A DNA stretch of 64,000 nt, taken from contig SMSO01000035.1 of NCBI GenBank assembly GCA_004764695.1, forward strand, positions 1,674,001-1,738,000, read 5' to 3'. Source of the stretch: Schizochytrium sp. TIO01 (Eukaryota; Protista; Bigyra: Labyrinthulomycetes). Below, in pieces: positions 33,481-45,400 of this stretch. A program made the position numbers and the translations under genes. The notes beneath the pieces were generated by a model. The model was not told the origin of the DNA, made no database searches, and saw only the letters and a program-made list of their open reading frames with translations. How positions within the stretch are numbered: the first letter of the stretch is position 1; each line of letters begins with the position of its first letter.

Positions 33481-36400
33481 ATGTCTGCACATTCTAATTT
33501 CTGGGTTGCTCTTTTTTATTTTATTCATATGGCTTGTATTTTTCGGACAGTGACCAGCACTACACCAAGCATGAATAGCGCGACTTTAGATCTCAGCACA
33601 GCGAATTTGATAATATATGTTGCAAATATTGAAAGCGTTCATAATGCAACCTTGGTGAGTTTTATTCGTCAAGATACAAGTGCAAAGTATTCACATTAAA
33701 TGATATGAAGGATATGTCTGTGGATACATCAGGCAGCACCGTTTCTGCAACGATGACAGCACAACAACAGTACCTAATATATCAAGCCAGCAACACCGAT
33801 TCAACTAGCATCAATGTAGCTGCAGAGGCTGCTGCATTCTATGGAGTAGGAGATGAACCAAACGAACAAAACCAACTCACAGCAACAATAAATTCAGACA
33901 CCACTGGGCCTTCACAATTAAATCAAGCTACTCTCAATCTCAACACAGGGATCTTAATGCTCCAGTTTCAAGAGTACGTTGATGCATCAACATGGAATGG
34001 TACTCTCGTACAGATATCAGGAGATACTATAACCGCAAACCTTTCCACATCAGATACAGAAGGAGATTCGACGGTGGATGAATATTTAATCATAACATTG
34101 ACTGAAGGTCAGCGCAGCAGCCTCTCCGCATATGCTGCTCAAAATGGCATACTAGCTGTGACAGTCTTTCCTGCTGCCATCAAAGATCTCGCAGGAAACA
34201 GCAACGCCCAAATCGAATCTTATATGATTAATCTCACCCAAGATAGCACCGCCGCCACCGCGAGTAGTGCAGCACTGGATCTGAATGACGGAATATTGAC
34301 CATTACATTCAGTGAGTATGTGGATGCGAGCTCTTGGGATTCATCGTTGGCGACAATCACCAATTCTGATAGCTCCTATTCTGAGACGCTTGACGGAGCG
34401 ACGCTCGATGACTCTACCACGGATGCTATCTTGACAATCCAGCTCTCAGAAGATCAAAGGTCAGCATTGAGTGCTGAAGATGCAGCAAATGAGACCTTGA
34501 CGCTCACCATCACGAGTGGCTTTGTCAAAGACTATGGTGCTGTGAGTTGCGCTGGTGGCTCCGCAAGCATGACGGTGACAAGTGATAGCACCGCCGCCAC
34601 CACGGGTAGTGCAACACTGGATCTGAATGACGGAATATTGACCATTACATTCAGTGAGTATGTGGATGCGAGCTCTTGGGATTCAACCTTGGCGACAATC
34701 ACCAATTCTGATAGCTCCTATTCTGCGACGCTTGACGGAGCGACGCTCGATGACTCTACCACGGATGCTATCTTGACAATCCAGCTCTCAGAAGATCAAA
34801 GGTCAGCATTGAGTGCTGAAGATGCAGCAAATGAGATCTTGACACTCACCATCACGAGTGGCTTTGTCAAAGACTATGGTGCTGTGAGTTGCGCTGGTGG
34901 CTCCGCAAGCATGACGGTCACAAGTGATAGCACCACCGCCACCGCGAGTAGTGCAGCACTGGATCTGAATGACGGTACATTGACCATTACATTCAGTGAG
35001 TACGTGGATGCGACCTCGTGGAATTCAACCTTGGCGACAATCACCAATTCTAATAGCTCTTATTCTGCGACGCTTGTCGGAGCGACGCTCGATGACTCTA
35101 CCACGGATGCTATCTTGACAATACAGCTCTCAGAAGATCAAAGGTCAGCATTGAGTGCTGAAGATGCAGCAAATGAGATCTTGACACTCACCATCACGAG
35201 TGGCTTTGTCAAAGACTATGGTGCTGTGAGTTGCGCTGGTGGCTCAGTAACCATGGCGGTCACAAGTGATAGCACCACCGCCACCGCGAGTAGTGCAGCA
35301 CTGGATCTGAATGACGGAACATTGACCATTACATTCAGTGAGTACGTAGATGCGACCTCGTGGAATTCAACCTTGGCGACAATCACCAATTCTAATAGCT
35401 CTTATTCTGCGACGCTTGTCGGAGCGACGCTCGATGACTCTACCACGGATGCTATCTTGACAATCCAGCTCTCAGAAGATCAAAGGTCAGCATTGAGTGC
35501 TGAAGATGCAGCAAATGAGATCTTGACACTCACCATCACGAGTGGCTTCGTCAAAGACTATGGTGCTGTGAGTTGCGCTGGTGGCTCAGTAACCATGGCG
35601 GTCACAAGTGATAGCACCGCCGCCACCGCGAGTAGTGCAGCACTGGATCTGAATGACGGAACATTGACCATTACATTCAGTGAGTACGTGGATGCGACCT
35701 CGTGGAATTCAACCTTGGCGACAATCACCAATTCTAATAGCTCCTATTCTGCGACGCTTGACGGAGCGACGCTCGATGACTCTACCACGGATGCTATATT
35801 GACAATCCAGCTCTCAGAAGATCAAAGGTCAGCATTGAGTGCTGAAGATGCAGCAAGTGAGACCTTGACACTCACCATCACGAGTGGCTTTGTCAAAGAC
35901 TATGGTGCTGTGAGTTGCGCTGGTGGCTCAGTAACAATGACGGTCACAAGTGATACGACAAACCCAGAAGTGACGTTTGCTAAGTTGGATCTGAATGTTG
36001 GTTTACTAGAACTTAGTTTCGACGAATATGTTAATTTTAGTTCTTGGAATAGTGCTGGACTAACATTCTCGACTGGGAGTTATTCAGGTAGTTTGTCATA
36101 TGGCAAATTGAGTAACGTTAGTGAGGGCGATACTATGGGAATTGTTTTGTCTGAATCTCAACGGGTAGTTCTTGCTACAGAAAAGAACCAATCTAGAAGT
36201 GTTTCTGTCGTTATATCCAATACGTTTGTTGCAGATTTTGGTAGAAATTTTAATATCGCGAGCAATGTTGTTGCTTCGACTTTGGCAGACAGTACATCAC
36301 CACGGCTGAGAAATGCTAGCCTCGACCTTAACGATGGGATGTTGATCCTTGTATTTAATGAGACCATCGATACATCTGCGTGGGACCGTTCAAAAGTAAC

Positions 36401-39400
36401 GGTGTATAGCGGCGAATACTCTTCAGAGATTTTACTCGGTACGACCTTGGCTAGCAGTTCCTCTGAGAAGACTGTAATTTTGAATTTGGTAGAATCACAG
36501 CGATCAGCGTTGTCCAGTCAGGTAGCCAATGGGGAAGAGGTGGGAATTTCTCTTTTGAAAGGATTTTGTAGCGATGTGGTTGGGAATCTCAACACCGTGG
36601 CTAATCTTACGATTATCTCGACACCTGACAGTTCAAGCTCGCAACTAGTATCGGGGGAGCTTGATCTCAACAATGGCACTTTAACTCTTACTTTTAATGA
36701 ATTTGTTAATGCTTCACTCTGGCAGGCCGCAGAAGCAACAATTTCTAGTGATAGTTATTCTGGTACATTAGAGAATTCTATTTTAGATGATCAGACCGTG
36801 GACTATTCAGTAGTTATAGTCATTCCTGAAGCACAGAGAGCGGAATTATCAGCTGTTGCGGCCGAAGGAAGTGCGATCAATATTTCAATCTCAGCTTATT
36901 TTATCCAGGATTATGGTTTGGTGTTTAATGACGCTGGGACTATAAGTCTGTCCCTTACAATGGACACAACAATTCCTGTGATTTCTTCAGTATACGTGGA
37001 TTTGAATGATGGACTGGTTAATATTTCATTTTCTGAATATATAAATGTTTCAACATGGAACGGCACTCAGGCGTTGATGGTTTCGAGCGATTATGCTGGG
37101 GATCTTAGTAATGCAAGTATATCTTTAGCAGAAACAGTCGACGATCATCTTCTTCTTGTTCTGAGTGAGCTGCAAAGGTCAAAACTATCTGCAACAGCCG
37201 CAGCCTCATTTGAAGTTGTTGCTAGATTTCAGAATGGTTTTATAAGCGACTATGGGCACAACTTAAATGAAGGTACCAATATAACAGCAGGGATGAATCT
37301 TGATACGACTCCACCAACAAGCTTATCAGTTATTCTGGACCTGAATTACGGCATCTTGGAAATTCTTTTCAGCGAATTTGTTGACCTCACAACTTGGCAT
37401 GGCGCATTAGTTTCGCTTCAAAGCTCAGGTTTGAATAAATCCTTAGAAGGGACCTCAACTATTGTGCAGTCATCTCAGGAACTTGTGGCTGTTGTTCTAC
37501 AAGAGGCAGATAGATCAGTGTTAGCTTCTGTAGTTGCTTCTAGCCAGTCTATATCGCTTCATGTATCAGTAGGTGCTATTAAAGACTTTGGAGGAATCAA
37601 CTCTACTTTATCTTCTCTAGAAGTAAATTCTACTGCAGACACTAAGCCCCCGACGATTCAAAACTCCACGTTGAATTTAAATGATGGTCGTTTGGTTATA
37701 CAGTTTGACGAGTATATCATTATGGAGACCTGTAATTTGTCACAGGCTACAATAGCGTCTGATAACTACTCATCATCTCTTGATAGTGCTACATTTGATG
37801 AAACTTCTTCAAATGGTACTGTTGAGATCGACCTATCTGAAGAGCAAAGGTCGGTATTAGCTGAGAAAATGGTGAGCGGTTTTTCTATCTCTGTCACACT
37901 TTCAGCAATCTTTGCAACAGATTACGGCGAAAACTATAATACAGCTGGAACCATAACTGTAGCCGCGATCCCAGACACAAGAGCACCTGTATTCTCTAGT
38001 GCTGAGCTTAATTTGAATACTGGTGTTCTTCAGTTAGAGTTCAGCGAGTTTGTAGATCCAATCAGTTGGAATGGAACTCAGGTAAATATCTCTACAATTG
38101 AATTTGCTGGAAACTTGGAAGACGCAACGATGAATAGTTACTCCACTGGCTACTCCATTACACTTACTTTATCAGAATCTGAGCGATCAAGCTTGTCTGC
38201 AGAAGTTGTAGCAAACAATTCAATTGAGTTAACATTGCTTTCTGGATTTATTCTTGATTCAGGAAATAATCCAAACATGATTGGAAGCATGAATGTGTCA
38301 ACCCTAGCAGATACAACAAAACCAAACCCCTTATCTGCAGCCATAGATCTGAACAATGGAGAACTTACAATATCTTTTGATGAGTTTATGGATGCAGCAA
38401 CATGGAACGGATCTCTCATTGTTCTTTCGTGCAGCAATTTTTCTTCGTCTTTGATCGAGAGCAGCCTAGATGACACAGCTACTGATGAAATACTGAAAAT
38501 CAAATTAAGTGAGTCGCTTCGTTCCGTTTTTGCAGAATACAACGCTGCTGGGGAGACAATAAATCTGGACATTTCCCCAAGTTTCGCTCGGGATTATGGT
38601 AATAATCCGTGTACAGGGTTGACTTCGATTGCAGTATCTGCTACAGCCGATACCACGCCTCCTGGAGCAACGCTTGGGGAAATGAACCTCAATGATGGTA
38701 CCATCGTTGTTACATTTGATGAATTCGTTGAATATTCTACTTGGAATGGAACAGAGGTAAATCTTATCGATGGGAACTATAAAATGGCGCTAACAACAGC
38801 AACTTTGGAGACTAGCATCCAAGGCTATGAGATTCGTCTGCTCCTCTTAGAAGATAGCCGGTCGGAGCTTGCAGGCTTAGATAAGAACGGAGGAGTCTTC
38901 TCAATGCAACTCTCAAATATTGTTATTACTGACTCAGCTGGAAATTATAATAGTGCTAAAATCATACCGATGAACATATCACATGATTCTACCTCTCCAG
39001 CGTTAAGCTCAGGTATGCTTACTTTAAATACAGGACTCCTGTATCTTACGTTCTCCGAGTATATTCCTACCAAATACTACTGATTTCAATAACCTAGAGC
39101 TTATCAGCGGAAACTATTCTACAGCAGGGAATGTGCCTGTACTTGTAAGCAACGCAACGAATTTCACAGTGGGATTTCGTCTTCAAGAAGCAGAAAGATC
39201 TTTAATTGCCAGGGCAACTCTGGCTGACCCAACCGTGTTCATCAATATTTCTTCAGCATTTGTTCAAGATTCTGCTTCGAATGGCAACTTGGCTAATTCA
39301 TCAGAGATGCAGCTTGCACTCGATGATCTGCCGCCATATATCATGCAGAGTCACCTTAATTTGGAATCTCGAACGCTTACTCTGGTGTTTTCTGAGTATC

Positions 39401-42400
39401 TGTATCCTGGGTCTGGGAACATTTCGCGTGTGGAGCTGCAAACAGTGGACTCTGCATTCATCATTGGGCTTGATTATATCCTAGAAAGTAGTGCTCAGTC
39501 AGACATGGGTGAAAGTTTCATCTGGTTGGTAACACTTTCCCCTGAACAGCAGGTGGAATTGATATCTCACTCAGTTAATGCCGCCGAGAATATTACAATT
39601 ACTATGTACTACGAAGCTGCAATCGACTATGCGGCCAATCCTGTAGACGAAACGACTTTGGTTCTTAATGTGACTGCTGATTCAACAAACCCAATTGTGT
39701 ATAGTACAACTCTGAACCTTGCAACAATGGAATTAATTGTGAACGTTTCTGAGTTCGCTAATGTAGTTGACCTTTCACTCGCTACTGTACAATCAACATC
39801 TCTCGAAAAGATTGGAGTAGTTTCGACTAAACTCTACTCCGGTTTGACGAAAGTTCAGCTTTTTTCAAATACCTTAAAAGACGAAGTAACGTATGCATAC
39901 CTGGATGGAAGTTCTTTAACTTACTCTTTAGATGGTGGAGCTTTCGAAGATACCGCTGGGAATCAGCTAACTGCAACAGGGTCCCAAGCCTTCAGTATTG
40001 TGTATCCTGATGAACTTTATCCTACGATCACTTATGTGGAAGTTGATCTCGGTTTCAAGACCGTCACTATTGTTACAAATGAGACTGTGAAAAATGTTAG
40101 CTGGGGTGATTTTGCGCTACAAAACTCTGACACTTCTCAATCAGTTGTTTTAGACACGATTCAGGATCATACAGCGAATGTCACCCATACATACACTATG
40201 TCAGAAGCTGTACACCTAGCGGCATGCTTAATTACACCTGCAATTCAGAGCATTGCCGTTCAACAGAATGCACTCTATGATCTTTCTTCCAATCCTGTTG
40301 AAGCAGTTAGTGCACAGTTAGTAGACCGTATCATCTTGGACACTGTTGCCCCTGTAGTCCAAGCAGATTCAATTGTCCTTAATCTTGCCACCGGGCGCCT
40401 TATTTTCAACGTCTCGGAGCATATTGTAGTAGAGTCTGTTAGCCTTGAATATTTCACCATTGTTGCTATCGATGATGCCTCCACATTTGTATTAGACCCG
40501 TCATATAGCAATGTTGTAACATCAGATGAATACTCAACCCAGCTAGTTGTTGATATTGAGGTTGCAAGCCGAGTCTGGTCAGTCATTGCTGATAAACGAG
40601 GCAGCGATCTTTCTATTCAATTTCTAGAAGCAGCGTTTTCCGACGTCTCTGGAAATGCAAATGTTCCACAAACAGTATCGATTACGCAAGTATTCCCCGA
40701 TGATGTTAATCCAACAATTACATCCGTTGATCTCAATCTGAATACAGAGATCCTCATTATCGAATTTTCTGAACCTGTTAATGTGACCCGCCTTAATACA
40801 TTCGCAACATTGACTAGTTCCTTGGAGGTACAAACTGCTCTAGGCAATGCAATTCCATTTGAAATGGCCGGAGCGGCGTATGGTAGCCCTGCAGAGTTTT
40901 CATCTAAAGTTTATTTCCCAATTGCGGAAGTTTCCTCTAGACGTTCGATGAATATAGCAGCCTTATCAACATCTACGTTTTCTCTTTCTTACACTGCTAA
41001 TACATCCCTTTTTCTAGATGCTGCCGACAACATCGTGGAAGAACAATCTGAAAGTTATAATGTGAGTACACTCACCCTCGATTCAACATCACCTATTATT
41101 GAGAGTATCAACATTGAGATAAAGAATGGTCGCGTTATTTTCTACGGAGACGAGACTCTGGATCCCGCGCAATTGGATCCGTCCAAAGTTCTTGTGGAAA
41201 ATTTGCTACATCTTGATTCCGCAGAGTGCGCTATCCAGAATGTTGATACGCTCTCTTTGAATAACACGTTTGTAATGTCCGATCCACAAATTGCGTTATA
41301 TCTTCCTTACATGGATAATGCGAGTGACGTTCAAATTTACATTCTTCCAGGAGCTGTCGCAGATGTAATGGGAAATAAGAACTCAGAAACATTTGAGTTT
41401 GTGGTACCTCCAGATCCTACCTACTTTGAGACACGGATTATATCTGTAAACTTTGAGCAAATCGTCAGGGGCGCAAGCAAGTCAATTGAATTTGTTGGAA
41501 CGGGATTAATTGCTGGCCAAACTGCAAAATGGGTCCAGGGAAGTAGCTGCTCAGACACTGGTGTCTCAGTCAACACAGATTCTGAATCGATTACAGTCGA
41601 TACTGAAACATACAATGTAGGCCCATACAAAACCATTGCACAAGTCATTAGTTTCGATGTCGAGTCTGATCCAACACCTTTCGTGCTTTGTTATCAGTCT
41701 GAGCTAGTGTCTGACTGGATCATGACAGTATTTGCAGTTCAGGTAATGACGCAAAATAGTGGAGCAAGTGATCATATTGTTGTTGGTGTACCAAAGACTC
41801 AAACCTTTTCTGGTGTTGGAGTAAGCACTGGGGATCGAGTTAAATGGGTTGAATCGGAAGACGACTGTGATGAGACACTAACACCTTTGAACCAGATCCC
41901 ATCCATCGCTGCAACATTGACAGCATCTTTGCGAGCTGTAAGTGTTCAAATTGGGCCCCGTGTTGATGGTCAGTTGGTGCCGAGAAATCTAACACTTTGT
42001 TACAAGTTTAATTCCGAGCTATTCTTCTACTTTTCGGAGTTCACTTTGACTGTTCATCAAATCACAGAAATGAGTAACTCTGATCGTTTAGTGGTTGCTC
42101 AAAACAAAACACTAAGTTTTGAAGGAATTAATGTAGAGCCTAGCCTTGATCGAATCGTCTGGGTTGAGGCACTACAGTCAACATCTGATGATCATTGCAA
42201 CACAAATAGCACCCGATTAGGGATTTCGCCCACAGCTGAACTTAAAGGATATCTCAACGTTTCTGTCTCGATCGATGCAGCACCACTCCCTGAACGAGAA
42301 TATTCACTATGTTATGGTTTTCAAGATGAACCTCTGCGCCTATATTCAGGGATTACGTTGACAGCTTGCGAGGTTGTAACTTATAATGTTTCGCAGGGAA

Positions 42401-45400
42401 GTGTTCATGTAGCCGTCCGCGACGTCCCCAAGACCTTCTACTTTCATGGTAGTGGATTCGATAGCGACCTTGACCGGATCACTTGGACTACTGATGCGCA
42501 AGATTCATCATCATGTGAAAAGTTCGCAGGGACTATAGCTAGTGCAAATATAGGATCACAGTATTCAACTGGTTACGGGCCTTTAACATTTGATGCAACT
42601 GCAAACATGGTGTATCTTTGCTACGGATTTGGTAGCTCTGAGCCTTGGCAGATCTATCCAAACGTTTATCTTCAGGTGCGCGCTGTTGATAGTGCAAGCC
42701 CGAATCGCACAATTGCTCTATTATCTCCACCTGAGGTAATCACTTTCTATGGTCTAGGACTAATGGCAACTGACCGGGCGAAATATGTACCTCAATTGAA
42801 TTCTCTCAGCGGTACGGAGTTATGCCTACTGGACACAAGTCATGGGACCACTATCACAGCAACTCTCGGTCCAGTGAGTGTAGGTGCAATGATTGCAGTT
42901 CAATTCCCACAAATTACTAGTAATCTTCCATACGTTTTATGCTATGCGCACGAAACTGAACCATATGCAATCTATGAAACTATCGTCATGGAAGCTGACG
43001 GCTTAATAAGTATGTCGCCTACAGAGTTCGTTGAGGGCTTGCCATATGAAGTTAGTTTCGATACTGTTGGTCTTGAGGTTTACGACGTTATTCGATTTAT
43101 GTACTTGAAAAATGGAGAGGATGCAAGCACATTCACGGATGCAATGTGCGAAACAGCAGATATTGCGTATGAAGTTGTGGTTCAAGATGTTGTCTCTGAC
43201 ACGTTGACATTTCCACAAAGAACACCATCTGATACAGAAGAACACCCAGTATGCATCTTATTTAAACGCAACATGATGGCCCAACGACAAAAGGCATACT
43301 CCTTAGGTGTGCGCGCTCTTGGAATAGAAAGTGTCAATCTCGATCACGCTGTTGTCGGTAATAATTCTACATTTACCTTTACAGGAACTGGTATCCAGGA
43401 AGGTGATCTCGTTAAATGGGTATCCGCTGATGAAGTAAGCACCTATGAAGATTGTGAAAGCGCGACAAGCTTGTCAGAATCCAATTATGGTGAAGAGATG
43501 GGTGCTGACCGCACATTGGATATTTCTTTTCTTGAGGGAACATCTAGCGCGGTACTCTGCTATCGATTCAAAAACCATCCATGGTATAGGCTTTATAGCA
43601 ATATTGAGCTTGTTGTCAATCATGTACGAGATGTCTCGCTGCATCACGCAATTTCAAATTCGCCACAAACTTTCGTCTTGGATGTAGCTTTTGTTCAAGC
43701 TGGAGATCGGGTTCGCTTTATTCCTTCAAACAGCTCATGTGAAAGTGAGTTTGACAAACAGACATACGCGATTACTATTGTGACGTGTGAACAGAGAGGA
43801 AGCATCTTAGCGGGATTGCTTTCCCCATTTACCAATGAATGTGCTCAGATCAGAGCAACATTCACACAGATTCCTGCAATAAGTTCCAGTCTAGTTTTGT
43901 GCTATAAGTTTGCTGCAGAGACTACCTATACTAAGTTTCCTGCTCTAACTGTGCATGTGGTAGCCCCTACGATCAGTGCACAAGATTCTTCTTTCTTCGT
44001 CTCAGGAGTGGCGAAGACGTTACAGCTTACAGGTTCATTTGGCCTCACAACCGGGGACGCATATAAATTTGTTGCATATGACACAACCTGTTCAAATGAT
44101 ACGGCCACACTTTCCTCTGTATCCACGAGCTTAATCGGTTCTGACTCAGGTCTGGTAAGTGGCTCGGCAAGTGTTATCGTCAGTATCAACGTAGGGGAGG
44201 TAGATGATGCAGACCTCTTGAAGTTCCGGCCATACAGGTTATGCTACCGCTTCGGTTCACAAGGCCCACTCCTTATGTACAAAGAACGTAGCCTCTCTGC
44301 GATGAAATTGACAAAAGTGCTGCTAGCAACACGTCCAGATAGTGTTGTGGCTGGCTCCAATGTCGTATTCGAGTTTCATGGCCTTGGAGTAGCAGACAAT
44401 GACCAGGCAAAATGGGTAGCTCACGGTAACTTATGTAGTGCTGATGGAGTTGCAGGATCCGAAGCCGCCACGGTGTCTGAACAGCGCGCCACATTTCGGT
44501 TTTCAAGTGCTGCTTCAAATATGTTGCTCTGCTACAAGTTTAATGATGAACCGTACACGTCCTATCCTTCGTTAACCATTGGGCAAGTTGAATATAGTGA
44601 AATGGTTGTTGACACTTCAAGTGACTTGTCAACTTCTGGATCCTCGTCCACAGTAGATACAGCTCTTAGTGCTGCAGAGGAAGTGTCGAGCAAACTTGTC
44701 GATGAGCAATCTACAATCGATTCAAAGCTTCAGAAGGAAGCACACATTCAGATTTCATTAGATCTCAGCTACGAGACAGTCCCACCGGGTTCGGTTGCAG
44801 AAACAAACTTTATTGCAAACTTTACAGGCGCAATGGGGAATGCTCTTGGAATAGCCGCCGATCGAGTAAGGGTAATGGACCTTTACAGTGGGTCTATTAT
44901 AGTGTACTTCATTATTCTCCCACCTTCCTCCGAAGACGATACGCTTCCAGCAGAGGCCGCGGCGGCAATTCTTTTAGAAAAGGTGATGGAAACAACTAGT
45001 ACAATCTTTTCAGCACCGAGTGTGTTGAACTTTGTAAAGCAGGATGTTGCGATTGAAGTTGTGTTAATTGAGAATAAAGATGCTCTTGCAAATGCAAACA
45101 ACACTGCATCAGCACAACTATCTCAGCAACAAACAGAATTGTCTATCTCGTCATACCTTCAAAGTGGACTTGTCTTGTTCCAGGATGCAGTTAAAGTTGT
45201 TGTTGAGAAGTTTGACTCATATGTTGATCTGTATGTCATCAGAGAACACGGGACATACGGAACCGTACCTGTTGAGTTTAGTACCCGTGATGGTACAGCA
45301 ACAGCCTCAATCCATTATACCAAAACCTCTGGGCTCCTCAGATTTATGGACGGCGAGCAAAACAAAACAATTCGTGTTCCAATTTTGCGAGACGAAGCTG

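Noticed and set aside
34242-35951. CRISPR-like array or transposon repeat
   Set aside because: Contiguous in-frame coding units with no spacers or terminal repeats.
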